The notes: generated by a model from the letters alone, not told the origin. A DNA stretch of 64,000 nucleotides from Takakia lepidozioides (GCA_030704615.1 CM060734.1:56234001-56298000); one strand, 5' to 3'. Shown: positions 38,706 through 52,233, numbered from the stretch's first letter. A program made the numbers and translations.

Positions 38706-38832
38706 CCACTCTGAAGACTCTATGGGCAACATTGAGCAAATGAAGATGTCTCTCTCAACATGAGGTCCCCACTCTGAAGACTCTATGGGCAACATTGAGC
38801 AAATGAAGATGTCTCTCTCAACATGAGGTCCC
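38706..38832. repeat. Perfect 63-bp tandem duplication, in probable LTR-derived sequence
   Basis: ccactctgaagactctatggg...caacatgaggtcc repeated with period 63. Confidence 0.9.
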
Positions 38833-40206
38833 TGGGGACGCACTAATTCATGAGATCAAGCTTTACCCTCCAACCTCTTGTATCTGTAATAAAGTTCCTT
38901 TCTTTTTTCTCGTTTAGTTCATTTTATCATTGGCACCTGAGTCTGCTCGCTTTGATGTACATGTCAAAGTTGTGATGAAGCGTTCGTGTGATTAGTCTGG
39001 GCTTTTAGGGCTGACGTGATGGTTTGCATAACTTTGCTGGGGGTTATTTGTGGGATCAGCACATGAATCGTGACATCATTTGCTCGTGAAATACGGTTAA
39101 CAATCAACTTCAAAGCCTGGGCAGCAGAGACTTGAAAACTGTACTGAGTTTTTTCAACACCCAATCACTCGGCTGAATGAATAACAAAGTTGGGCACAAC
39201 GTTCAAAGCATCACTATTCTAGTGTTCAAAGCATCTTGGCCTCGCTGCAGTTTGCACACCAATATCAACAAAGCTGTCTGCTTCCATGTAAATCTGACCA
39301 ACAGATACAGTAGAACTTCCTCTCAATCCTTGTCTCGTTGGAGGGATGTGAAATACCCCTTAATGTTGCAAGCCACCCACCATTGAAGGTCTGATCTCCA
39401 AGGACAACCTGTCGCTGGAGCTGCTAAACTATCTACCCACAGTGGACTGAAATCGAAGAAAACTGTGCACCTGTATAAAACTCTTGGTGTTTTGGAACCA
39501 GTGACCTTTGAAGTTTGATAGAGACTGTGCTCACTTAGCATTGTGTAACTAGGACACTCAGTTTTTCAGATTAATTGACTGATTGCACAGAGAGCGAATG
39601 TTCTAAGTTGAACTTTGTTTTAGGGGGCTGCACGGGGTGTAAGAGAAGCCTTGAACATTGGAAGACGTACAGCTTGAACTCTGGAGGAAGATGGAGGGGT
39701 GGAAAAGGCACAACACCACAGGGAGAGGGATTCCATGACTACAGCTTTTAGTGCAGCATAGGCCTTGATCCTGCCAGCAAATAAATCCCAAGCACCAGAT
39801 GCTGACCAGGGATGCACCAGGGATCTGGATGCTGACCAGATCTACAATTGCTGACCAGATGCTGACCTACTGGCTTTGGACGCTCCTTTATACAAACTTT
39901 TAGGCTTCTGCGCACATAAAAATGGAATGAGCAAGCAATTCATTTGGTAGTTTAGCTGTGCAGATACGACACAAAAAAGGGTTGCTATCTCCCACGTCTC
40001 TCAGTTTCAACCAAATTATGGCACTGCAGGCAGCTTAGGCTATCCAAGGTAAATATATAGGTACTGTATTACTGACCACCAAATCCACCTAAAGTTCCAC
40101 TTCCAGTCTGACCAAAAATCAGCCATGGAAAGAGAAATATGAAAGCTTAACATGAGAAATCCATCATTTTACGACACTGTGGAAAGGGAGATCCATGGGA
40201 ACGCAC

Positions 40207-42548
40207 CTGTCCTGTAGACATCCCGAGACGGCTTCTCCTTGGTCGAGCTTCTGACTTTTCTTGAGCAGCTTGGGCTGTTGCTAGCTTGCGTAGGCTGGGT
40301 CTGTACAGCAAAAGTGTACGCCCAATTTGCCCTACAATTTGGGCTTCTGTCTTGTCCTCCAATTCCCTCACAGTGTCATCTAGCTCATCAGAACAGTTGT
40401 CCAGTACCCTCACCTGTTACAATGTAGGATGATAATCAAGAAAGAGGACATCATGTCCTACGAATACAAGCACACCTCATGTAGCTCAGGTCACTCGAAC
40501 ATTGGGGCAGCTTACTTCAAAGGAAGATGGAACACTCATCCTTGTTCCATTTCAATGATGGACACCATTGTGTAAAAGGAACCATCTCCTTTCCTAGAGG
40601 AAATTGTGAACTCGGAAAAGACGCAAAACGATACATAATGGAAAATAAACAAAAGGACTTATAATATCAACAGAATGCCCAAAGAGAGGGAGACAAAAAG
40701 AATGTACAAGAAGACAATTTCCGTAGCCTTTTGGCCATAGACCCCATGCCCAAATTTGGGCAGAAAAAGAGGAAGACAAGGCAAGAGAGAGAAACGATGA
40801 AATGGTACTTCAAAACGTCCGCGGAGAGAGAGATTGAATATAGTGGAAAAGGTAATGCTTTGCAATGACACACATGTTGGCCAACCATGTGGCCATTGGC
40901 CTCCAAGGAATGGAATGCCTCTAGCTCGGTGGAAATCTCAGTATGGAACTTCCATACTCTCTCCAAGCTAATGATATTCTATTTGGAGACTGACTCGTCT
41001 CCAACATGAACGTTCCATTGAGTGGTGAGAGACAGCCCAACAGGCAGACAAAGAAACAATTGGGAGGAGGGCAGGGAGAGAGATGCCTTGATGAGCTCAT
41101 TGGCCTCCAAAGCATCACTGATCGCTGTGATAACAGTTGGAGTGACTCCCCATTTTCCCACCTGCCAACCCAAAGACAAACACATTGAGGCCCACGTTAG
41201 ACTCGAATTGTAAGTGAGAAAACAAAAAATTTATTCAATCCATCCGGTAATTTGCAAGAGACTTTGGGAATCCCCAAAGGACTAAGGGGTTTTCCTCTAA
41301 CAGCCACAATGGGCAACATAGATTGTGCTGGCCCAACAACATAAAATTTGTGACATTGGTTTCAAACAAGAAATTCCTACACCCGAGATTCAATTTGTGG
41401 GTGTCACAAACTTGAAATTACTCCAACCTCAAGTGGTAAGGTCTTCATGCGACACCATCACAAATTTATCTTCCATATCTCGCCCAAACAAATGTTGCAC
41501 CAGGAGATGCATTCTTCTATAGTCTTTCTTCCGCATCTTCTTCAATACCTCTTTCAAAATTTGTGCGAAGCAAAGGTGTCACTCATTTGTGCCAGTCATG
41601 ACAAAAGTCACAATTTGGGCTCACAATTTTTATATTGCCCATTTGTGACATTCCTCATTATGTGAAAAGAGCCTATATGCTGTGATGCCACTTGGATAAA
41701 AGGTAATTGAGGATTGATTCGAAGTCTGGCATAGACATCACATTGACAACATCAGTTGAGACAACCACAACTTGACTTCAAGGCTTGCTTGCACCCCACC
41801 CGAGGATTGCTTACAACGCTAGCTAGTTGTGGCCTTGCCAAGCTTTAGTACTCTTTGCCTATCTTCAGCTTCCGAGGGGCTCCACCTAGTTGTGCTGTAC
41901 GGATGGATTGTCATTTTGGTATTGTATTGACATTTCTTGCCTTACCAAGGTTCACAAATCTGGGATGCCTGCTATTTCAAGAGGGAAAAGAAGAATGAGG
42001 CGCACTGTAATTGATCCAAGAGACTTCTCTTTTTCTCTTCCTGGTGAGAAGAGAGAAAAAGGCGCACCAAGACAGAAAAGGAGGGTGGAGAAACAAACCT
42101 GGTGCACACAAATGTCTTTGCCTAGTTGGTGCGCATATGCCCTAAGCTCCTTCTTCTCCTGGTTCCCCAACAGCCGAAACGAGCGCCTAACCACACCCTC
42201 CCTACCTCTCTCTCGCACTTCCAGCTTCTCATCCATTTGGTCGCCGTCATCTTCATAGTCGTCTTCTTCCTCTATCTCTTCACTTGAAGCTTGAAGAGAA
42301 TATCGAGATATACTAGGAGACTTTCCATAGCCATAACTAAGTTTTGGCAGAGAAGCAAAAAGAGATAGAGGAGGTAGGGGTTGTAGGCAATGGACAGAAA
42401 TGATAGTGGCTATGGCTGAAGTAGAAGAAGAAAGAGGGCGGCCACAGTAAGTCTGCGAACAAAACGACGATGGCAGCTCGCACCGGGAGAGAGAGCAGAG
42501 TCTGCAATTAGGGCTTCCTAGAAACTCTCCTCTAACCATCAACGCCAT
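40207..42548 (-). CDS. Plastid-targeted single CRM (CRS1/YhbY) domain RNA-binding protein, CFM4-like; exons 42548-42099, 41161-41087, 40413-40207 (last exon uncertain)
   Basis: Ser-rich transit peptide and acidic linker, then EKKELRAYAHQL...Q|VGKWGVT...ALEANELIK|VRV...IVGQIGRTLLLYRPS, the CRM consensus, joined in frame. Confidence 0.88.
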
Positions 42549-42825
42549 CCTTTACTGCTCCTGCGGAGTGCTATATATTCTCTACCTCTCTTCCTCTCGC
42601 TGTCTCCCGCACTAGACCATTTCGAGGACAGCAACATGAGACTTTGCATTCACACCCACGCTCCAAGCCAACAACCTCTCCCAGTGGAGGAAAAAAATTA
42701 ACCCTGCAGAAATGAGGACTCAATCGTATGAGTAAATTGGTCAGCCTTAATACTTAATACTGAATACTTATACTTTACACCTAATCCGTGTCTGTAGAGA
42801 CCAGCAAGGGAGTGGGCGATGGCGG

Positions 42826-43530
42826 ATGGCTCTCTCGCTGCACACCGTCTCGCCATCGCTCAGCCCCGCCCGCAAGCTCGTGCAGCTGTGGGGCCACTTT
42901 CAGGTGTGGCCAGTAATCACCAGCTCTTCTCACCCATCGCATCATCTGCACAAGTCTCCGCACTCTCCATCCTCTCCAACCTCTGTATCCACCCGATCTC
43001 TCGGTGCCTCGCGGTCGCTTTCCTCCCGCTTCGAGCCCTGTTGGCGCTCTCCGTAGCTGCTGCCCTCGTTTTCCTTAGGAGGTGCGTGTTTGGATGGTTT
43101 GGATTCGTGGGTGTGTGAAAATTGGAGTGCAGACATAACCATGGCAACACTTTGGTTTCCCTATCTGCCCAATTTGGTAGAATCTGGAATTGGGCAATGT
43201 GAAGCTGTACTGAGGTGTGTTTCATGAAGTTGAGGAATCAATGCTTACTCATGAAGCTTCCACTTTGGAATCCATACATGTCATGTAAATGCGAATGTTT
43301 CTTTCTTGCTCAGGATGAGAGCAATTTTCTTCTGAAAAGAGTAGTGAGTTGTAAACTGGATGCCAAAGAGGTAACACATTCTCAGCTAATGGTTGTTGTA
43401 AATGTCAGGAGGCGAAATTTGCAACAATTGAAAGCTCAAGGATCTATGGCATTCCAAGAAGATGAGTCAATGATTCCCAAGCTGAAGAAGATTGACACAC
43501 ATTTGCATGTCTTGGCATCCCCTGAAGAGG
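42826..43530 (+). other. Possible divergently oriented gene fragment with a transit-peptide-like start
   Basis: MALSLHTVSPSLSP... followed by short AG/GT-bounded segments. No recognised domain and frames do not join cleanly. Confidence 0.25.
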
Positions 43531-43899
43531 TGACACAGATCTGCATTTATCTTGGCCAGATTGCTTTGTCAATTGTCTATAATATATAAGCATGTCATAC
43601 CTAAACGAGTTTGAATTGGGCGTATTATTCTACCATCAGTTCTTCCGAGAAGGGGTGATCATTTCCTGGTGAACAAAGTTATCTATCTACAAGTGCGCAT
43701 AATGCTAATCTTCAATCTCACTGAAAAGCTAATAAGACTTGCTAATATATCTGCGGTTTGCGCCAATCACTGATGGTCAAGAATATAGCTTCTGAATAGA
43801 AAACAATACCGATGTACCAAACCCACAGCCACTTAGAGCTGCCAATCGCGGTACATGAGGCTTGACTTAGCTGATGTGGAAAAATTGGAAAGCCCATCC

Positions 43900-44818
43900 C
43901 CTCAAGCACACAATACTCCCCACTTGGCAGCCACACTTCCCTTGAAAGCGGGTGTCCACTCAAAAACGAACGGTTCTATCTTCGCCAGTAACTGTGGACA
44001 CCATTTCAACACAAATCAGGACTCACAACCATCTTTAACAGGCTGCAAATACTTGTCTTAATGAGTAATGGCGCTTTGCCTGCCAATCAGATGCTGATTG
44101 ATCTGTCTTTCCTACAGCTGACGTGGATCACTGTTGTGAGCCTGTCCAGCAGTGAGAAGAATACATCCAACTTTCCTGGCTCAAGGAATTAGTCTGGAGG
44201 CAGTGCACTCTGATTCCACGTGATTCTCAACAACTTGTGAGAACCAAAAGAGTGGAAGAATGGTGGGAATTAATAATTAGCACCTCAACGCTGTATTTGG
44301 GAGCGGAGATGTTCAGATTTACATCACCCAAGTGGCCATACCCCACCACTATGACCCCATCCCCTGCGAAACATGCACCAATGGGTATGAATTAGAAGCA
44401 ATACAGCTATGTGTCAGCCATGATATTCGATTACATCAGCTTGTATGGTGGAAAGTCGAACCAATCATTAGCTTCAGCTGACGAGTAACGAGTTTCACTG
44501 ATTTGAGTTATACCAAAAGACCACAACCATTCTTTGCCAGAAGGGCTGATAACCGGGGACACTTTCCCAGGTTGATGCCCTAATTTGGGGTTCCACTTGG
44601 TTATGGTGTTTTCTGGCATTCCAAAGTGTCTCTATGTAGTAGTTTGATGCCTAGATTCAGCCTTATCCTCTCCCTCCCGCTGAAGAAATAGAAGGTAATT
44701 GAAACAGGAAGACAATGAAAAAAAAAAAACAATGTCTCACCAAGTCGGGCACATAGGTCCTCAACAATCTGATAGAAGTCCTTGATAGGTATGGAGAGAT
44801 CAGCCTTTACGAGAACAT
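43900..44818 (-). pseudogene. D2HGDH: D-2-hydroxyglutarate dehydrogenase-like C-terminal fragment (FAD-linked oxidase)
   Basis: Exons KADLSIPIKDFYQIVEDLCARL| (44741-44818), VVGYGHLGD..NISAPKY (~44283-44384) and LLAKIEPFVFEWT..KGSVAAKWG. The AEHG motif is lost and no N-terminal exons were found. Confidence 0.75.
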
Positions 44819-44839
44819 CTGCAATCCCCTAGGTATGAA

Positions 44840-44966
44840 CTAGATAGCGCCCCGCAGGGGCGCTGCTACTGGGGGTATCCTGTTCTACCTGCGCTCCAAG
44901 ACCCGCAGGGTCGAGGGCATGTAGGAATAGGATACACCAGTAGCTAAGCGCCACACGGGGCAGCTA
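44840..44966. repeat. GC-rich fold-back with nested hairpins; possible Helitron 3' end on the minus strand
   Basis: agcgcccc-gca-ggggcgct perfect 8-bp stem next to CTAG|T (minus strand). Long imperfect arms 44865-44896 / 44913-44944. Confidence 0.55.
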
Positions 44967-45726
44967 CCGTACTCGAGCCGTCCCGTAATTTGTAAAATCA
45001 AGTAGGCACCTTTCTTTTTGCCTCTCATTTTACAATAATTGGGACGTTATGGCGCACGAGCGAGCTGACCGGTGGGCCCCGCGCACGGACGCCCAGCTCC
45101 CCCCACCCGGACCCCCCGCCCGCTGCTGCGCACGGTCACCTAGCCTTGCCCAGTGCTACTGCGGCCCTAGCAGTCGTGGCCTACCAGCCGCGCCCGCAGC
45201 AGCCCCGCCCGCGCTCCGCCGCGCCCCCAGTCTGCCCGCCAGTCCGCTGCCCATGAGTCCAGTTCCCCTCAGTCTACCAAACCGCCAGTCGCAGTCCGAT
45301 GTGTCCCCGCAAGTCCATCCAACAGTCCGATGTGCCCGTCTGCTGCCCCCCAGTCTGCCAGTCTGCTAGTCCGCGCTGGCCGAAGGATCTGGATCGTCCA
45401 TTCTGAGAAACCCATCCGCGCCATCCGTGTCAGTCCGTTGTGCCAGTCCCGGCCAGCCCACCCAACAGTCTGCCCGCCAGTCCGCCGCCCATGAGTCTGT
45501 TTTCCTCCAGTCCACTGATGATGCCGCATCTAGACCGTCCGTTCGTAAATGCCATATGAGACCTCCATTTTTAGGGCATGAATTCAAACCTTATCCATGT
45601 TGCCTGCCACTTGCCAGCAGCCGCGAACGTGCACACTGATGCTCCTTGCACATTGTCCATCGTGTCCAGTGTACTGCGGCGCGTTTCTTGCAGGTTTTGA
45701 AGCGTGTCATCTGTATTGTACAGGGC

Positions 45727-48700
45727 ATGGACGTGGAAGCAGAATGCGATGATATACTAAAAACGGGAAGCTGGATTATACGGCCTCTTCAGCAAAGTTT
45801 GCAAACACCAAACCAGGACCCTTCAACACGAAAGACCTCCATTGGAAGAGAGACATGCAATATGGTTATATGGGTGCGCGAGTGAATGTTCAGAAGGCCT
45901 GCATACCGTGGGATAGAGTTGATGACTTTCTCCTTGGAGAGGAAAGTTTGGTGGACTACTCCACTCAGTTTTGGGTGAATGTCCATACTAAAATGCAACC
46001 CGACATGCTAAATGAGCCGAGAGCCAACAGTTTTCTGAACAGTATCATGTGTGCACCATCCTCATCGTTCTTTTGTAGTCTGATTGCATGTCTGTTGCCA
46101 TTTTTCGTACCCACGTACTGCAGAAGTTGATGGATATCGATTGTGATTTCTATGTCCAGGTATCAATGCTGCTATGGTCCAAATGACAAACGCACCAACA
46201 ATGCAATAGTGAAGGATCTCAAACTGAAACATGGAGGACCTCTTGTGGGTGCTCAAACATCTCACCCTCATAAAGGCCCAAGGAGAAATAAGTCGGAATA
46301 TGGAGAGTCTTACAAGTGTGGTTGCCAATGCTGTTTCAGGGTCCGACAATGCTATCTCGCCCCAATATTTGTGTCCTCACGTACTACAACAATATGGAGC
46401 ATACAGACGCGAAAGAGAACGCCTGTCATGGGAAGTCCGCTGAGTTCAGGAACACTCGTCACGCCTATACACCACACATTAGCGAGGAATTGAAAGCATG
46501 GGTCATGAAGTGTCTGTACTGAGGCATGTTAGTCATCATGATGGAACATAAAGAGCACGTCATGAACAACACCGGGTTGGGGGATGCATGGACACGGGAC
46601 GATTTTTTGTTGGAGCAGGATGTGCGCAACCTGGCCAAGAAATGGGCGTGGCAAACGTTCAAAAAACATGCCAACAATGCAGAGAGTGTCCACATGTGGA
46701 AAGACCAGAATCCGAAATCGGTCTTCTTCTGTCAAGAGGAGAAATTGGCGCCAACATTCAAGCACTATGATAGCGACTTAACATTCACATTCGGCATACA
46801 GACTGAGTGGCAGAAGAAGTGAATGCTTCAATTAGGCCATGCCCGTATCGTTGCATGCGATGCAACCTTCGGGACAAATCACCACAAGGTACTCTTCATC
46901 CCTTTCACAATTTATCCACTTGCAGAACTATTGGATGTACGCACACTGGCAGCATCTGATATTATGCATTTGAACAGTTCCCATTGTACACGTTGATGGT
47001 CTTCGACGAATGGCTTAACGGTATATCTGTTGCGTACATCATATGCACGCGTGAGCGGACAACAGACCCGGTGTCGTGGATGGCAGCCTTGTGGGACTCA
47101 CTTTTCGCAGAAATGTTGGACTAGCGACCCAATGCCTTCATTGTGGACGATGCCGACGCTGACGCCGAAATAAACGCCATTACGTAAGTTTCACGTACCC
47201 TCCTGTACACTCGCTTGCAAGTCCGCTGCGTGCATCCATTGTCTGTCTCTTTGACAAGTCCCTTGCCATACAACGCACTCCTGGCTGCAAGTCCGGCCCG
47301 TTCATTTCTGCAAGTCTGCAAGCAAACCACTCCGTTATCAATAATGTCTTCTAGCGAAGTCCGCTGGAAGACTCACTTGCGCAAGTATGTTGCAAGGTCA
47401 GTCTGCTCGGGTGTGCTGCCAGCAAAGTCTGGGTAAGTCTGTTGCCGGTCTCCTAAGGGCAAATCCGCTGGTAGGCCAGTCCACCAGAGAGGACTGTTCG
47501 CAAGCAGTCCGCTGCAAGACTCACGTGCACCAGTCTGCTGCGAGCTCAGTCTGGTCCACCAAGTCCGCTGGCAGGCAAATCCGTCGGAGGGGACTGTTTG
47601 GAAGTCTGTTGGCAACCCAGTCCACTCGGAATGCCCTTTGGCCAAGTCCGTTGCAAGACTCACTTTACGCAAGTCCGCTGCCAGATCAGCGTGGTCAGGT
47701 CTACTGGCGGTCTCGTGAGGGCAACACTCATGGTAGGTCAGAGTGGGCGAGTCTGCTAGCTGAATCCGTTGGGCACGTCCACTGGAACAGGCGGACAGAC
47801 CAGTCCACCAGAGAGTCTACTGGGTTAGTGCCCAAGTCCACCGGCAAAGTCCTCTTTGAAGTCTCTCATGTGGGCATGTGTACTTTGCAGGGCTGTTTTC
47901 CGAGGAGTGCTCATTTTCTTGTGCCTTTGGCATGTCCAGCGGGCTTGGGTGAAGCAATCATGCGCAAAAACCAAAGATCCTATCACTGCCGCAAACTTGC
48001 TGAAAGATATGGGAGACCTCATGTACTGTAGAGGTGGACCAAGCAATCCCAAATAAGGTCTTGCGGGGTAGCAACAACGCTCCGAGACATGAGAAAGAAA
48101 TATCCGAATGGGCATGAATTTCTGGACTACATCGATAAGGAATGGCGTCCTAAAATAGCAATGTGGTGTACATCAGCTCGCCATGTTCCGCATGTCAGTC
48201 AAGACACAAACGCTAGCATTGAGGCATACATGGAAACTTGAAGGCAAGACTGAGGATGGGGAAAGGCAAAATGACTGGGAGTAGAGCGGTTGGCTCACAT
48301 GGGAACTCATAGGTCATGTGCTAACACACTACTGGTATTCAATTCACATGAAGATGCACGGATTCATAAGGAATGACAAACAGGAGAAGTACATGTCCAA
48401 TTTTGTGCTTGTGGCACGCGACATCCCAGCTTGCAATGTCACTCTTCCGTTCTATCCAGGGCAACCAGCCTATGTTCTAAGCACCAATCACCCAAACACA
48501 ATTTATATTGTTTACAACCCCGGATGCAAATGGGCTTCTTGCACTTGCCCATGGGCAATGAAGGGCAATTTGTGCAAGCATCAAGTCCGAGTCCTAAAGT
48601 TGCTTCATCCACACTTGCAGGATGGACTCATAGTGTGTGTTTGTGGCACGGCGCTGGGAATCATTCATGGAGCATTGCATAATGTGTTTAGGGTTCATGC

Positions 48701-49136
48701 AAGTGACGGCGACGAAGAGGGTTTGGGAAATGCAACAGAGGGCCCTTCCACATATGACTTCCCCTATGATGTGGAGCCTGTCCTGGTACCATCCTCCATG
48801 GATGAAGAATTTGCAGACATACTTCGCATTGTTGGTGACGATAAATACCTAGAGAAACATGTGTTGTCTTCTCTTTGTATCTGTAGGATGCAGCTTGTTG
48901 ATATTCTCGCCAAGAGTGCTGTAGGAATGTTGCACCCTGCGGCAGCAAAGAGCTTCCATCCTGTAAATGACAACAACAATATGTCGATGAAAAGAAAACG
49001 GGATTTCGTTGAGGCATGGAAAATGCGACCCAGAGTCTTACGCAAAACAGAGAAGAGGGTTGGTGCCCCAACACCTGCAACACACATATACTCCTCAATC
49101 CGGAGGGTTGCAGACCGTATACCAGTTGTAAAGTAG
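45727..49136 (+). pseudogene. Mutator-like (MULE) transposase with SWIM finger, spliced and degenerate
   Basis: KCGCQC, ACDATFGTN, FPLYTLMVFD, FIVDDA, LCLWHVQRAW, TNASIEAY and CTCPWAMKGNLCKHQ (SWIM). Confidence 0.88.
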
Positions 49137-50029
49137 AGTAATAGAGTATCATTCTCCCGATGAAATAAAATTTTGGTTGTACGATTGCATGTGCACAAGA
49201 CTTCCAATCTGTCTGCCAACCAGTCTGCTGAACCATTCTTGTGGCGTCTGGACTAGCCTGGTGAACTAGTCTTCTGGCGTCAGTCTGCTGTACCAGGCTT
49301 CTGCTCAGTCTTCGAACAGTCTGCTGTGCCAACCTTTGAACCATTGTGGTCATAGGCTTGTAAACACTCAGAGTAATCCATCACCAGAAAAACAAAGTAT
49401 GCAGGGTGCGGAGTACATAGTCTTCTGAGCAGACCAGTCTTCTGGTTCTGAACGTGCCCGCACCTGGCTGACCAGTGAGCCACATGCGATCTGCCCATCA
49501 GACTCGCCATTCTAAGTACGGTGGACCCTCACTTACTCTGCTGACCAGACTTGGCAGACTACTGGCCAATGCCATCAGCCTGTACTCTACCACTCCGGTG
49601 ACTCTCGACAGTCTGCTCACTAGTGCAGACTCATGGTTCCCAATCGCATCTGCCAGTCTGCCGGACTGGTCCTAACTCCTCAGTCTGTCGGACTCTCGTC
49701 AGTCTAACGACATTGCCCTCTCCTAACGTCTGCTCACCAGCCTAGGTATACCCTCTTCGCGTACTCTGGCAGTCTGCTGACTCTCGGCTGTTTGCTGACC
49801 AGTGGACTCTTTTGGTATGTTAAGCAAAATGATTGTGTGTGCTCGCACTGTGCAGGGGTAAGTTCGCTTAACAACATGTAGTGAGTTGGTCACAAGTTTA
49901 TAGCGAGTACTTCACACTGCACTCATAATCGACCAATAGGTTGTGTATGCAAAGTCATCTTTTATTTCGTTGCAAATGCTCAAAAACATGCTTACCTGAC
50001 AAATACGTCCTATGATGCACCTCTAATGT

Positions 50030-52030
50030 CGGGCCCAGACGGATATCTATAAGGATATTGCTTTCTCAGTAGCGGCCAAACCAGTCAAGATGTACTTAAG
50101 ACACTGTATCCGTTAGCCAAGTGCAAACTTGAACGTAAACCAGTTTTTTGTGAAAGGTACTCCTCTCTCTGCCCTTTTAGAAGCTCAGTTCGACTATGCC
50201 AAGTTTGTAGCCATTCATAATATCCTTGGATGAAGGACATGACGTAAAACCCACATTCCCAGCTGAATGGCTATTGGGGCACTTTCATGCTGGTTGAACT
50301 GAAATGCCCTAACCTCCTCCCAACCCAGTGAATCAACACTGTAGCCTAAACACTACGCATGCAGCTTCCGTATCCATGAAAAAACATATGCAAAGACTCG
50401 ATGGAGTTCATGTGAGTGTAGAAGCCTTTCCGCAAGTCGATGACAACAACACTCCAGTGCCCCCTGCAAGACGACTCTCATGAGTCTCACGACATCAGTC
50501 CTCTTAGCAGACCACTCCAACTAACTCTCCAGCAGACTCTGCAGACTCATAAGTAGGCTGGGTCTTGGTCCTAGTACACTCAGCGGACTCAGCAAACTCA
50601 TGACTCAACAGACTCAACACTCAGCAGACTCATCACTCAGCAGATTCGGCATTTAATGAGCAGACTCAGCGGACTCGGCAGATTGAGCAAACTCAGGAGA
50701 GTGGGCAGACCGAGCAGACTGTCCTCATTCAAAAGACTAGGCAGATTTGCCAGACTGAGCAGACTGAATGGACTCAACCAGCGAGAGGCCGGTGTGAACG
50801 GACTGACGTCATTCAAAAGACTGGCCCGACAGAACAGACTGGGTATGCGAGATCTTACTCCTCCACAATCGGAACGATTATATGATGGCAGTCTTTCATG
50901 TCTTTGTCGAGCCGAGGAACACTCCAGCAAGAATGCAGATTGTCCACTAGCCTTTCCCGTGGCCCGTCCCAGTATGTCATCATAAGAGACCACGTCGAGG
51001 CTAGCAGAAGAGCAACAGTACTTGAGTACTTCTCCTCAACCGTCTTCTTATAGAAACAACACCACAGCTCCAGCATTCTATCTGTGCACTCCAACTCCAC
51101 CGTCTCAAGTGGCTTCAAGTCCGGAGGCCCGATGGAGCACTCATACCGGGGGTCGCCTTCATAAAACTAACCATGGCATGGCATGGCTGGCCGCCACATT
51201 CCGTCGCAAGGCCGCGGCAAAACCAGAACCCAACCTGCACACAGACCACAACCTTGTGTGAAAACCCATGTACGCAACGGTCTAAGCGGACTGACTCCAT
51301 TCAACAGACTGCCCACACTGAGCGGACTGAGCGGAATCACCAGACTCACCAGACCGAGCGGATTTAGCAAACTCACACTTCTGAGTAGACTGGAGTGACC
51401 AGTCTCAGTAGATTGGGAGGACTACTCACTGGTGCATTTGTCGTTGAAGAACCACTTCCTTGTCCGAATCTAATGTCATTTTGCGGTCCTTGTTCATGAG
51501 ATAGCGGACTTGCCTTTCTTCGCAGGTTTCTTTGCAACAGGACCCTCCCGAACTTTCCTGAGTCTGCTCCACGACAGTCCGCTTCTTCGCTCTATTGTGC
51601 CCTGGGATTTGGCGACTACTGTGGCCGGGTTCAATTCAGCAGACTGACGAAGTGATGCGGTCCTGCTTCGCAACACGACTGTGTCTGCAGGTTTGTTCAC
51701 ACTTGCAGGACCTGTCTTGTCAGCCTTACGGGTCGCATGCGTTGAACTAATCCGTGCATCTGTTAGCATTGTAAGTAAGCCACCTTTTCTGGTTGTGGAG
51801 CCAACGTGAGCAGCATGGGCGGGTTGTGGAATTGCCTTGGAGGGAAATGGTGTCCTGAGGTCCGTGGGGCGAACATCCTATAGGTACAACTGATCCTGTC
51901 AATACACGGAAATTGAACAGAAATCTGAAATCACAGAGGTGAAAGACGGCATGGCACAACCTGTACGGCGTCATTGGAAGGAAGCGCATGGGCAAACTGC
52001 TCCCCTGCTTGAACGTCCAAGTCCGGACCT
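50030..52030 (-). pseudogene. Ulp1/C48 SUMO-protease-like gene convergent with the MULE transposase
   Basis: HWSVVVIDLRKGFYTHMNS (~50400-50460) and CPQ*PFSWECGFYVMSFI (~50228-50283) supply the His, Asn and Gln/Cys catalytic motifs. Introns are rich in cagact repeats. 5' extent approximate. Confidence 0.7.
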
Positions 52031-52233
52031 GCTGTAGCCAGGGGCACTATGACAGACTCTGTGTGCGCGGCATGTTGGCCCTTAGTCTGTCCAATGTTAG
52101 CGTCAGTCTGCTACTCAGTATCCTCAGTCTAGTCAGCCTGGTGCTCAGTCTGCTTGCCGCTCTGGCCAGTTTGCTGTCGAGTCTGGTGGACACTCTCGTG
52201 GGCGGGGGGAACGGCATGTTGGCCCTTAGTCTG

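Noticed and set aside
36500-38940. Large LTR ending at ~38928 followed by PBS-like tggcacc
   Set aside because: Plausible, but there is no second LTR, TSD or coding domain to support boundaries.
47387-48031. 214-aa ORF and similar Ser/Leu/Arg-rich ORFs at 50637-51398
   Set aside because: They arise from agtc/cagact low-complexity intron repeats of the MULE.
48688-49353. 221-aa minus-strand ORF
   Set aside because: It is the antisense shadow of the MULE transposase's last exon.
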